A DNA stretch of 64,000 nt from Takakia lepidozioides. Lineage: Eukaryota > Plantae > Bryophyta. Made by a program: the position numbers and the translations under genes. The stretch is from NCBI GenBank assembly GCA_030704615.1, contig CM060734.1, positions 35,526,001 to 35,590,000 of the forward strand, read 5' to 3'. Below are positions 35,891 to 48,675 of this stretch, one piece after another (positions within the stretch are counted from its first letter, which is position 1; the number at the start of each line of letters is the position of its first letter). Below the pieces are notes generated by a model. The model searched no databases. It was not told where the DNA came from and saw only the letters and a program-made list of their open reading frames with translations.

Positions 35891-38800
35891 ATGGCCGTGA
35901 TTTTTCAATGAAGCCCAACGGAAACCGGCCGATAAGCAGAACGGTGAGTATTCGTTGCGTTTCAAAAATTTCGATACATTTGCGAGAGAGAAGCGGCAAG
36001 ACAAGTGTTCTTGCGTTTGATTTGCCGCTCATCGTTTTCTGGATCGTTGTTTGTGCACGGGGAGCTGTTTTGTTTTGGCGCTGACACATATGTGACACCC
36101 CGCATGGGAGATAGAGTGTGAAGAATCCGGGGGAGTGCTCTACGATTGTTTTCAGTTCAGACGACAGATTCCTGAAGAAAATCTCACGTTGGAGGGACTA
36201 AGGAGGACGCATGTCAGCTGCAAGAACGTGACTGTGGATGAAGGCAAGGAAGACGACGGGGCCAAGGGCAGAGGTACATTCCCTTGGGAATGGGAAAGAA
36301 TGTTGGTGGTGTTATAAGGTAGGTGATTTTTTCCGCGGAGCTTGGTCTGACTACTTGTCTGCTCTCGAATGATAGATAACAAGCTTGAGTAAATGGGTGG
36401 TGTTACAGCACTTTACATAGTGACCAGTGCTCAGGACGATTTGAAGGACTGGGGGCATTGCAATGGCATTAGAGGCAAGGGGAGGATATAGTGGAAGAGA
36501 TTGATAGGGAATGAGAGGGATATGTGTGGAGAGAAAAGGGGGCTGCAGGCCGCCGAATAGAATCTAGGCTAAATACGTTGGATCTGGCATCTTGTTTGGG
36601 AAAATGCAGAGAATCAAAAAATAAAGCGGGACACGATATATAATGATAACTACCCAGGCAGGAAGGTTCGGCTTAAGCAAAAAGTTTAATGCAGCAATGG
36701 GGCAGCAAGAGATGCAAGAAAAGTGAAGGGGTCAACCAGGAGATTCAGCTGAAGTGTGCTGAAGGTGGGGAGCTGCAGGGTTGTTTTGGTTACTTCCGTT
36801 GTGGAAACTGAGTCAGGGGCCGAGGCAAGTAGGATTGTAGGTGAACAGGGGAGCCATGTATCACATCAAGAAATTGGACTTTTAGAAAGAAGGTGTACAA
36901 AGGTACGTGCACTTAAATTTGCCTACAGAAATGGAGAGGAAGCGAGCAAAGTTGTGGTAGGTGAGGGAGGGAAAGTACTCGACCAGGAAATTGCAATGAA
37001 TTTTGGAGACATGTAACTCCCTGAAGGATGCTCGTAGCCTTGGACTCTATCACTGCAAATATCACAAGAGAAACAGTAGAGGATGAGTTTTTGACAGAGG
37101 AAGGTGGGAAGACGGCTGGGAGCTTCTGCTTTAGGTCTGGTGGCGCACATAGGGATTTGAAACCTAGTCCTTAGCAAGACTCAGCCAATGAAGGGACTAT
37201 GGCTGACTTGGGAGAGCAGACAGGCGCTCTTGTTCGTGAGATGTTTGAAAAGGGGCAAAAGGATTCCGATATTTTAGATACCATTGAAGAATGTAGGTTG
37301 GGTTGAACATGTATAAGACTCGACAGATATCTGGACAGAGGCATTTATATCTCCAGGTTGGTGTTTTGAGGGCCTTGTGCAAGAGAGAAAAGGTGTGGAT
37401 AAGGCTCTCTCCTCCTGTCCATTGGTGACCTGGCCTACCTATCATTGTGTTTGTGACCAGATTGGCTTAGCTCAAGAACATGGAGATGGACTGTTGTGTG
37501 AACAAAGAAGAGAGAGACAGGAAGGGAAGCAAGAACGTAACTATGCCGCCATCCAGATATGTGACAAGGCAGGCACACAGCTTGAGCTCGAGCACTTGTA
37601 ACTTAGTGGAAGAGACAGATGGTCTGGACAGATGGGGTCCGAAAAGGCACTGGAAGATAAGAGACAACACTGGTCAATTTGTCACAAAAAAGTCTTTTTC
37701 CTGTGTGATGCACAGAAGAGAGAGTGTTCAGAGACAGGAAGTGAATGGGATCTCTACAAACTCTTCAAAGAGAAAGGTTGTGAAGCGGTGGTGTGCAAAA
37801 GAGGAATCTGAGGTATCAGTGAAGGATAGCAGGGTTCTTCATAAGGAAAGTCTACTGAGAAAATCTGGCCCTTTCTTAAGAAGGCGACATAAGTTCTCCC
37901 ATGAGGAAGTGACACAGAGTTCAGTCTCTAAAATTGTGGAGGAGGTGATTTCTTCAGTGGGGATCAGTGTCTGTTGTGTTAAAAAGGAGCTCAAGTGGTC
38001 TGGACCATGTCTGAGAAGCAGAAGCAACCTGTCTAGAGCATCTGATCCAGTTCTGGACAAGATAGAGTGTTTGGAAGGTCGGTCCAGTGGGGGAATGAGA
38101 GGAGTCTCACGAACGGAGGATATCAAATGTCTTCAAAAGGAAAAAGTCCTGAGCAGGTCTGACCCTTTCTTAAGAAGTATCCAGAAGTTCTCTGGAGAAG
38201 AGGTAACACAACGTGCAGTCCCTAACATGGTACAGAAGGCGATTCCCTTGCCGGAGATTAGTGCCTTTGATGTGGAATATGAGCTCAAGTGGTCTGGACC
38301 TTGTCTGAGAAGCAGAAGCAACCTGGCTAGAGAAAAAGCAACACAAGAAGCTGGGTGTTGCCTGGAGATGAAGGAAAGAAATGATGTTTTGGAGGCAGAC
38401 ATAGCAACTCACAGTGTGGGGATTGATGTCAGAACGACCTCGGTGAAATATGATCATGGTCTTGATCGCAAAGTGCACAGGAGGAAACTGGGTCACCTCA
38501 AGAAAATCTGTAATGAAATAGACATGCAATCACTTCTGACTGATTCTATTATTGGAAGAAAGGAAGTCAGACTGTTGGATGTTAATACGTCTGTTGAGCC
38601 AAGGAGTTGGAGGCCAAAAAGACATAGGCTCTGTTTGAGAGCTAGGAGGGAGCTTTCTCCAGAAAAGGATGGGCAAGGTCAGAAGAGTGGATCCAGTGTT
38701 CCAGAGAGGGAGGTTTCAATGCTGAAGGGAAATGCCTGTGATTGTGCTGTTGATGGAGGGATAAAGAGTTCTGGTCCCTGTCTGAAAAGCATTGGGCATC

Positions 38801-41800
38801 TACCAGAGAAGGACATCCTCTCAGTGAAAAGGAGGGGTAAGACGTCTGCCCCTCAGGGCAGAGAGGAATGTCATGTCATTTCTTACAATGGTGATGAAGA
38901 GAGGGAAACTCTATCTCATGCATGCATGATCAAGGAAAAAGTTCATAGAAAGTTTGTCCCTATTCCACAAAGCATGCGAAGGTCATCCAGGTTGGAGGCC
39001 AAGTTGGGCTCTGGACTGAAGGAAGCTGCCCCCTCACTGCAAAATGCCTGTTCTTATATTGAGGGAGAGGGAACACAGAATTCAGCTTATTTTTCGCCAA
39101 TGGTCCAGGAAGTGTCACAGTCCTCTTTGTGGAAGATAAAGACACTGCATGCAAGCGTATCTACAGGAGGTGAGTGCTGCAAGGTTGTTGCATGTCACGG
39201 AGAGGATGCCCTTGCAAAACCTTTGAAGAAGGGTGTGGTCTCAGCAAAGAGGCAAGCTGGTGGGAGGGCAGATGTAGCTGTAGTCTATTAAGATCAGGGG
39301 AGGCAGACTGTGATGGGCTCAAAAAGCGGTGGGGTTCAAAAGAAGGCAGAAAAGGAAGAGGTGTGGGCCTATCATGGCCCCGCCTGAACCATCAAATCCC
39401 AACCCTGATGGCTTTGTTCGGCCTTCTTCCATTCCCCTAAGTGGACAAGTGGTAATGTCTTTTCCCTGACCTACCATGTTACTGATGTACACTGCTTTTC
39501 TAGTCCACCATTCAGTAACTTGGTTGGTCAGTAACTTGCTTCTCTCTGCCAGTGTGGTGACCAATATTTTGTGGGGTTGCAGGGAAAAATGCTTTAAGTG
39601 CCAGGGACCCCTCGCATTAGGGCGAAGATGTTCTTTTGGATTGTCGCCAGCGACTGTGACCGTGCTTTTCACCGGGCTTGTGCACTCAACATTCCAGATT
39701 GTTATGGCTCACAATGGAGAACTCACATGCCCTCAACATGGGACTCTCGGGTCTCTCTTGCTGTTCAAATGTGTCCTAAGGGCCCTCAGGGATGTTTCTC
39801 TTTCTATTCTTTCTTCTTTTGGGCTGCTTTTGGCTCCGCTCTGTCTTTTATTCTTTTTGTTTCTTGCTTTCCTTTTGTCCCATAAGCTGTTTGAGCTTTC
39901 TGCGGACGTGATAAAGTTCCATTTTCATTTCTTTTCTTTCTCATTATTAATCTGTGGACGATGCTGTTTCTCAAGGAGACCCAAGGCTTTCAGCTTTGAG
40001 GACCCAAAGTGCCTGGCAGGCCACCTGCATGAGGTTCTTGGGGGGTCGTTTGATGTTTTCTGAAGTGGTTCTTGTTATTCTACTTGGCCCCATGGGCCTT
40101 GCGCCCTGTGTGGACATTATAAAGGTTATTTCTTTCTTTTTTTCCTTGTTGTTCCTACTACCATGAGAATCTATTCATGTTGAACCTGGAATAGTATTTT
40201 TGGGCTGCTTGCTGAGGACCCCCCATCCTTCTTGCATGTCCCATAAGCTTGTTAAGCTCCCCATGGGCGTTGTTAAGTTCCTTGCCTTACCATTGCTTTC
40301 ATTTCTCAGGCCCCCTGCCCTCTCTTCTTCCATTCTTTGTGTGCCAGTGGTTGTGTATGTTCTTGCTTGTTTAAGGTGTTTCAAATCCTCCTTTGGCATT
40401 TGTTAAGGTCCCTAGTAACTTTCTGGTAATGTTGAGGACGCAGGTCTGCTAGGCATGTGAAGGCAGCTGCGTAGCCCGGCTCGGGCATTGCAGCAATGCC
40501 TTATTGCAGCCCATGTGCAGTGTAGTCCTTGGCACTCCATCACTATGGTTGGCAACAATCCTGGCTGGGAAGTCTGCTGGCGTCATGCAGCTTCCTGGAA
40601 GCTCGAGAATCCGGTCTGGAGCACTCTACCTATCCATCAGTCCGGGGCATCTGATTAAATGTTTGGTTTTCATACGGTAATGAGGAAAGGAAGTGTAATC
40701 TCTATCGATTTTCAGACCATACATCTCTAAGCACCGCCAATCGAGGGGCCAAAGAAATTTTAGAATAGATGGATGAGAACAGACAGAGGGATAGAAGAAG
40801 AAAGAAACTGATTCCCTCTTTGGGAGGCAAGGATCCTTTGGGCAGGAGTTGGGAGAGGTTACATAGAAAGTAGAAAGAGGAGGCCGTTTTGACCTGCAAA
40901 GGGGTTGGGTGCTGACACAGAAGAGTGGTGGGTGCATCTATATCATATTCTGCAGCTCAAGCCTCCGACAAGCGACCCTCAGGTCCGCCATTTGCCTTTC
41001 CTCTGCCGTTTCTATCTGGTTCTTTTTTTTCAAACATAAGAAATAAGAAAAGACACTATATCATGTGTTGACTGTAGCAAAATCCATTTATGGCATGTCC
41101 ATGTATTGTCCGTCCAAGTCAACCACTAATGCCACCCTCTTCTGATAAATTGCACCACTTGCACTCCAGGCATTTTTTCAACATCTATCCAAGTGCCAAT
41201 CTGTCAATCTCACTGTTAATACACTGCGCCTAGAATGGGAAACAGCTCTTCAATAGCACTCATAATCTCGAGCAAGATCTCTGCCACACAGGCAAGAGGT
41301 GCAGCAGCAATGCTGCTGGGTTTTGGTAATAAGGTACTCATTTGCAGAGTCTGGGTCTCTCAATGAACAACACCCCCAAATTACAAAAAGGACTGGTGTG
41401 TTTCTTGTACAATTCCCTTGGTTTGCGTTCGGTAGGTAGGCTGTTCCTTCCCATCCCCACTGAACATCAGGGAAAGGGCATCCCTTGAACTAATTAATTG
41501 CTGTCTCTGTCTAATTGTTTTCTTGTTTCTTGCTTTTCTTTTGTCCCATGAGCTCTTTGAGCTTTCTGCAGAAGTTATAAAGTTCCATTTCATTTCATTT
41601 CTGTCTTGCTTGGAAGCTCCATGGTAGCCCTTAGGCAGGAGCACGTCGTGTTTTCAAATCTAGTTTAGGGAGGTTCCAGTTGTGTGACTTCTGCTGGACT
41701 ATACAGGAAATATTTTTGCGCTTAAAAGGGCCAGATGGCCCAACAAGAAATAATATATCATCTGAGTTCATCAAGGAGGTGATGGAGAAGACAAGAGCCC

Positions 41801-41824
41801 CTCCCTATTTTCTCATTCGTCGCA

Positions 41825-42227
41825 GTATCCGCTTTGCCCTGACATAGCATTGTTCATGTAAAGTGACAGAGAGAGGGGAGGCAGGTAGGGGGAAGTGTGA
41901 GGGAGCGCTAGAGCGCAAGAGAGCAGGATCACTGGCCTAGTCCCTGTGATGTGCGTTTGGCTTCTGACTTAAGCAGTAATGCACTGTCTATTAGCGTCTC
42001 AATAGAAGAATTTAGCATTGATATATGGGTGCCGGGAGCAGAGCCGGGAGGGGAGGGGGGGGGGGGGGGGGGGGGGTGGGGGGGGGGGGTGGGGGAGAGG
42101 TTATGGCTTAGCTTTCTGGATGTCCTGTACCAGATGTCTTGGTTAAAGGAACCTTAGATAGTAGGTGCAATCCTTATCCGTCGACACATGGTGAGTGTCC
42201 TACCTGAAGCCATTGACCTCAGGGAAG
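41825..42227 (+). other. U12-type (minor spliceosome) GT-AG intron
   Basis: Donor GTATCCGCTT (consensus GTATCCTT) and branch-like CCATTGAC about 11 nt before the in-frame AG. The nearer AG at 42222 is out of frame. Confidence 0.6.
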
Positions 42228-44045
42228 ATGTCTTTCTGATTAAGAAGCAGCGCGATCACATTGATGACGGTGTAGGGTGTAATTGTGGGTTTGCTGGAAC
42301 CCCATGCAGGCATGATTGCTACGGCAGGTCGGCACTCTGAAAATTCTTGCCAAGTTTTCGTATTGTCATCTCTTTGTTACAAGATATTCCATGCCATAGT
42401 CGGCAAACCTCCCTGTCGCTCCATCTTTCCCCACCTTCCCTCGTGTTCTGTCAGACCTCATCTCGCTCTCATCTCTTCAAGGAACTGAGTTTTGATCTGT
42501 GTATGTAGCAGTGATGTGTTGCTCCGGTTTGCACTAGCCGAAAAGACAACGCAAGATTGAGAAAGATAGAGGTAGGGAATTGAGGTTGTGAGGAGGGTGG
42601 GTGAGGAAGGTTGCAGAGCATGAGCTGTTCGAAAGACTGCAATTGCCATGAGAAGTGCTGCAACAAGCCTTTCCACAAAGACAAACACCTCAAAGTTGTT
42701 AAGGTAAGGCCATTTTCCCAGTTGAGTGACACGTTGTGTCGAAGGTAAGGTAGGACAACAAAGTCTAGGTTTTCTGAACGATATGACCAATCGGTCTCCC
42801 TGTAGTGTGTGGGTTGGTACATCGCATGCAGAGTCTGGGATAGATAGGGAACAGCAAAAGAGAGAAAGATTTTTTTTTGAATAATGTCCCTGGAAAGATG
42901 ACATAGCTTATGGGACAACGAACCAAGCAGCCCAAAAACAACGATGATCAATGAGATTCTCTAAGATGGAAAGCCTCAGGCAGGTTATGCTCGAAGCATT
43001 TCTGATCCTTGTAATGAAAGACCTCAGCAAAGGACCGGCTGTCCCAGAAGGACAGTGGAGAAATGAATGAAATGAAATGGTGCTTTATAACGTCCGCGAA
43101 AGCTCATAGAGCTTATGGGACAAAATGCAAAGAAAAACATGAGAGGAAACAGGAAACCAGAGTGAGAGATAAGAAGTATTGTTCGAGTGATTGTCTAAGG
43201 ACAGTGGAGAGAGGACACTGGAATCTTCGGAGAGACAGATCATGCTCAGCACGGCTTTGTCAATGTATATTTCATGCCCAGCCTAGACATAAGACAATGA
43301 GACATTGAAATGAAATGGTGCTTTATAACGTCCGCGGAAAGCTCATAGAGATTATGGGACAAAATGGAAAGAAAAACATGAGAGAAAACAGGAAACCAGA
43401 GTCAGAGATAAGAACTACTGTTCGAGTGATTGTCTAAGGGTGAATGCCTCGTGCAGGTAGGCTGCCAAGCATTTCTGATCTTCATAGTGAAAGACCTCAG
43501 TGAGAAGAAGGAAAGGAAGATAATGTCTATAGTAAGCACAAGGATGAGGACCGATAGACCTCAACTTCACGTCTTGTTATGTTGATTGGCCAGACGGAGC
43601 ATTGTGGGTGGGGTGCCGAAGCAGCAGAGCCAATAAAAAAAGATGACTTTGTCATTGAGTATACAGGGGAAGGTATGCTGGAAGAATATTTTACTGATAA
43701 AACTTCTCACGGGGAACTACAGGGATTGACTTGTATATACACACAGCACAGGGGAGAGAAGAAAAAAAAGAATAAACTTTCATCGTGGGAGGGCCAAAGG
43801 GACATGTAGAACAGCGAAGAACACGAGAAACAAACTGCAGAACAGAAACATCAAAGAACTACTGAAAGCTCAAGTGTTGCAGAAAGGCGGAATGGCTCAT
43901 GCAGGTATGTGACAAGGCACTTACCATTGTTATAGCTGCATACCATTCTGCCAGGGATGGAGAAGCTGTTAAGAGAGAGAAGGAAGCAACTTCATAACAC
44001 CCACACACACACAAACAAAGAAGTTTTTATGTCAGACAAAGAGAG

Positions 44046-44140
44046 AATGTACTCATAAGATGTTGTTTGCCCTAGCCTTGTGGCCATAGACCCCGCACCC
44101 AGTCTGGGCGAAACAAAAGGGAACCGATACTACCTCTGTG
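44046..44140 (-). mobile_element. 3' end fragment of LINE family B
   Basis: Reverse complement of the 58880-58969 terminus (...GGCCACAAGGCTA.GGCAAACAAC.TCTTATGAGTACA), followed by TCTCTC. Confidence 0.8.
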
Positions 44141-46672
44141 AGGGGCTCCCTCCAGAAGTGTGACTTACAAGAAGGTCGGGTTTTCCAGATATCCTCTAGA
44201 AAGTGCTTCACACACGCATCAACTTGCTGTGTGTGAGCTGCCCAGCTATTCGATCCAAACAGGGCCAGGGCTTTAGGCTCAGCCTCAAGTTGGTGAATTG
44301 AGAGAGAGAGAGGGGAAGTTGAATTGAAATGATTTGATCCGTGGAAAGCTCAGAGAGTGGGAACTTACATTGCTGAGAGTGTGGAGCAATTGCAGTGATA
44401 GATGAGGCGATGTGTGAGAAGCGGCTTTGGGAGATGAAGGGACGGGCAAGCATTTGCAATTTTTACATGTGTGAGATCGCCAAGGATTTTATCATTGATG
44501 CCACCAAGAAAGGAAACCAATCTCGCTTCCTAAATCACAGCTGTCAACCCAACTGCAAGCTCGAAAAATGGTTCTGTCTCTCCAGCTGCTTTTGGGCTGT
44601 TTTTTGGCTCTGGTTTTGTTTCCTCTCCCTTGTTTTTTTCCATTTTGTCCCATAAGCTCTTTGAGCTTTCCGCGGACGTTATAGAGTAGTGTGGCATGTC
44701 TTATTTGGTGAGGTGCAGGCGGGTGGACGGGGAGACCAGAGTTGGTGTGTTTGCACTGGGAGACATCGCTGTGGGCCAACCACTGACGTACGATTACAAG
44801 TATTCTTCTGCTCAAATTCTATATGACCTTTTTATGCTAAGAAGAAGAAATGTATAGATTGCCAAACAACTGAACTTGGCAAGGATCGCCCATCATCTTA
44901 ACTTGGGACAGCTACCCAATAATCTCACAGGCAGCATTCAAATGGAGGATTTTGGTTTGGAATTTTCCAGAGTCCAGGAAAGGTCTAGTAGGTAAAGATC
45001 GTCTGCGAGGTGTGAATGGATGCCAAACTTCAGTCATTGCCCGTTGGCACTTACAGTAGTTCTGTATTTAGGAAGAATACAAAGAAGAAATTTCATTTCC
45101 ATCTTGAAGCCATAGGATGTGCGGAACACCATGAGTTGGAACTCTTGGCAGCAATCATGATGCCATAATCGACCATAATAAGCAACATAAGAGGCTCAAT
45201 AGGAAAATTGTATCGATTGGGGTAGTATCTAAGGCCAGTATCCACTGTGCTCATTCAGAAAAGGTGATCTCAAGTAACTTGGTTCATCTGTCTGTTTGTA
45301 GATTTGTGGAGTTTGGCCCCAATGTAATGTGCTGTTGTGGAGCTCCAAACTGTTCTGGCGCATTGGGAGGAAAGTCCCCCAACAAGTGTGTCAAGACCTT
45401 TCAGTGAGGTTTCTCATACATGAGGCTACCAGCAAAATCGGTTATGCCTTCTTGACCAAACTTGTATCCCTTCAGGAGGGTTAAGGACACCAAAGAGACA
45501 GCAAACTGCAGGGAGGGCGTTCCTGAAACATCCTGGTAGAGAAGATCCTCATGTAGCATGACTCGCCTTGACTATTGAAGAATGACTTCGAGGCCAGTCA
45601 CAACATTGGTGCCAAAGTCAGCACTGCTACTTGATGCCTGGCTGTCCTTCTGCCATGGAGTGTTGATATGAGGGATCAACCACCGGAGACACCTGGTTGT
45701 CTCAACATACTCTATTGGCAAGGTCACAGCTGCCAATCGGACAAAGCAAAATTTGATGGTGGCTGGCCATGCCCTGGGGGAGTATAAGCAATGTTTTCGA
45801 CATGAATCTCCACAGACCGAATACCTCCAGGACAATGCTGGTATGGAACGATATGGAAGCATGATGCATGTTGTAGCCCACCTGACCTTGAATGCCTAAC
45901 TAGAGCCACATAAGGGCACCACAGCTTCGTAGAAGATGGCCTCTTTGCTAATGCCAGCCTAGTCCCAACAGTCTTCATTGTCCAACTTATGGTGGACAAT
46001 GTAGTTGGTGTACAAGAAGTCCATTCAGAAAAGCTCCCTTCTTCGACATTGTCGAAGGGTCCCAGTCCCCTGAATCTCGTAAAGTTATACCGTACCGTAG
46101 CTTTCAAATGGGACTTGCTGTCTTGGTATTGCTTATTTTTCTCCACTCTATCAGGAATCATGTGACTGTTAGTATTTGTTTTGCAACACACCCACGATCT
46201 CATGCCAAGTGTTCTTCTCCGTTTAATTCTCTGAAACAAGGCAGATTGTTCAGATTGTTCAATACAATTGTTTTATGATACAATATTGGGCAAAGAGGAA
46301 ACACATCAATTGTGACATTCAGTCATTTCCCAACTGTTTCAACCTGGGCAGTTTTGTCAAATACTCTTGCCAATGGGGAGACCTGGTAGCTTATACTACA
46401 GACGAATGGAGCTGATAAATTCTGTTTTGTCTACAACGAAGGATAGGAGATAATAGCACCCAGTATGGACCAGCTCTTGTAGCTAGTGAGTATCAAGCAT
46501 ACTTTTTGGTAGCAATCACTCCTGTCGCAGAACTTTCTTCAAATTAGTCAGAGCTTCCTCTAATTGTGACAAAGATGTATTGAGTTTCTTTTCCAGTCCT
46601 CTATTGACAGTGGTGTATCAGCTCTTGGAATCAAGCATATTTGTTGGTAGCACTCTCTCCACTTTCTCAGAA

Positions 46673-48675
46673 CTATGATCCACCTTTAACTTTCTTGGGC
46701 ATCCGGTATCCACCTACAACACATGCATGATCTCGTTCAAATGGCTCTAGAGTGACTTGCTCAGAAGGCTTAAATTGCTCCTTTGTCAACTTCTTCACTT
46801 CCTGTGCAAACACAGCCTCTGCAGGCACCGTTGAATCGATACAGTTGGCCTGAACCATACCCACTTAGTTAGTGCAGATACAGAACCAAATGTACAAGCA
46901 TGATCAGTTACAATCAGACCCAAAAAATTACACATGCACCTAAATAACAGCATATCACAAAGCTCCCTGCTTACACGCATCTCCTCTGTCAATAAGTGTC
47001 ATAAGCATCTCAAGTTAACAAATTCAACTGATTACATGAAAATATGAAATTAACGAAAATTCAACGAAAATTCAACATCACCTTAATGGAAATGACAAAA
47101 TGGCCACCATTCTTCAAAAAATTGTGGGCATTCAAAGCAATTATGCGAGCCTGGACACAGTACAGATGAGTCTTAATCAATATACTTGGACAGCCTACAT
47201 TTCTTTTTGGTAGAGAACAACCTTCAACATGTTTCCTGTTAAGAATCAGTAACTACAGCTCACAGAGCCAGAGGAGTGACTCTTCTAGACCCTGGAAGCA
47301 ACCTCTCATAAGAATACAGAATGGGCACATAGAACAACAGCAAAATGAGCTAATCAGCTTCACTTTCATAAGAGAAAATTGAAGCGTCAGATACTAGGAT
47401 ATTTCCTTCATTTAGAATCAGAAGGGGAATCCATCAGTCTCTTCATCCGCTTGCCACATCAAAATAAGCAACTGCAACACCCACTCTAAAACGTCCACCT
47501 CATTTGGGAAGAAATGCATTCTTGCAAAAAGACCCAAATCAAAGATGGATAGTTAGTACCGCCATTTTGTTAAAGAGAACAAATTTCCACCATAGATAAA
47601 CTGAAAGGTTAGGGGCTCCACAACACCTGGTCAGGTTGAGCAACATCAGCAAAGATGACATCCACCATACCAACAAGCATGCGATACTTCATGGGGTGGC
47701 GGGCATCCTCGATAATGGGGATGATGTTAGTGCGCTTCTTGGCCATGTTAACTAGATCACGCCCACTCCTGTGAGAAAACTCCACAGCGTATACTATGCC
47801 TGTCTGCAACGCAACACAATACGGGTTCATTGGGACCCGGAGTACAAGTATTTCACAGAAATCAGACGAAAAAACCACTTGAAGAGTGCCTTCAAAAGCG
47901 TATAAAGAAAAGAAAAGACGTCATGGAATACCGGTCCAACAAGGTCTGAAACGTGAGAGACAGTTGTGCCCGAGGCTGCCCCGAGATAAAGCACATGCGC
48001 TCCTGGTTTCTGTAATTGCCAGAGGACATCAATCAAAACTTGCGAAGAGAAGATTTTCAGGCTCATAATGCAGCATAGTAGGAGCGAGAATAATATCAGA
48101 AAATAGTGTATCTTACAATCCAGATATTATCCACTCCTCCCAAAATTGCAGCAGCCAGCTTCGATCTGAACGGATTCCACACTCTGTACTCTGTCTTTGT
48201 TCCATCCTCATTCTGCATACCAAGGGAAGGAGCAAAGTCAGACCTTAACGTCCACCTGACTGCGAATTCAGCTTCCTCTCGAGGAGAGCCACTACATGCA
48301 ATATCAACTGCCCACAGGAATACAACTTACCTCAACGCTAATCCGCTTCTCTCCATAGACGCTATCTCCAGGCACCAAATTCTTAGTCACTAGGGCGTCT
48401 TCCTTGCCCTTGGCAACGAATACCCCCTCGTGACGATGGGGCTCAATTACCACTTTAGCCCCTCCCTTCATGCCCCCTCCTCTTCCACCACCTCTCCCAC
48501 CTCCGCGACCTCTACTCATTCCTCTCCCTCCCCGTCCGCCCCGGTCTCCGCCTCTGCCCCCTCCCCTCCCTCCACCTCGGAACCCTCCACCTCCCCCCCT
48601 GCCTCCTCCATCCCCACCCCGTCCTCCTCGGAACCCACCCCCGCCTCGGCCACCACGCGTAAGAGGAGGCCTCAT
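46673..48675 (-). CDS. FIB: Fibrillarin (rRNA 2'-O-methyltransferase), 313 aa. Exons 48675-48331, 48212-48117, 48009-47932, 47803-47627, 47150-47082, 46849-46673
   Basis: N-terminal GAR/RGG domain, then [69 protein letters not shown]. All introns are GT-AG and phase 0. Confidence 0.97.
47382..47452 (-). ncRNA. Intronic C/D-box snoRNA, probable snoR60/U60f homolog guiding a 25S rRNA Gm
   Basis: Terminal stem AAGCG/CGCTT, C box ATGAAGA, guide GGATTCCCCTT + D' CTGA, C' ATGAAGG, D CTGA. The guide is complementary to the conserved LSU rRNA sequence AAGGGGAAUCC. It lies in fibrillarin intron 4. Confidence 0.8.

Larger units (their letters stand above)
39770..44700. repeat. Cluster of 5'-truncated RTEX-family LINE 3' ends in SET-gene introns: ~39770-39931 +, 39950-40135 +, 40195-40290 +, 41460-41601 +, 42900-43060 -, 43061-43200 -, 43306-43505 -, 44585-44700 +
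   Basis: They share GTCCCATAAGCTCTTTGAGCTTTCYGCGGACGTTATAAAG, a (CATTT)n tail and/or [12 protein letters not shown]-coding sequence with 53414-54235. Confidence 0.85.
37480..45407 (+). pseudogene. ASHR3: ASHR3/SDG4-like histone methyltransferase (PHD-AWS-SET-postSET), apparently disrupted. Exons ~37480-39360, ~39583-39739, 40444-40613, 40956-40982, 41707-41824, 42228-42327, 42610-42703, 43594-43672, 44396-44570, 44719-44799, 45302-45407
   Basis: Family motifs include [81 protein letters not shown]. Lesions: in-frame TAA 39289, TAG 40450, frameshifts in both PHD exons, GG instead of GT at 39740, and a probably premature TGA at 45405. Confidence 0.8.
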
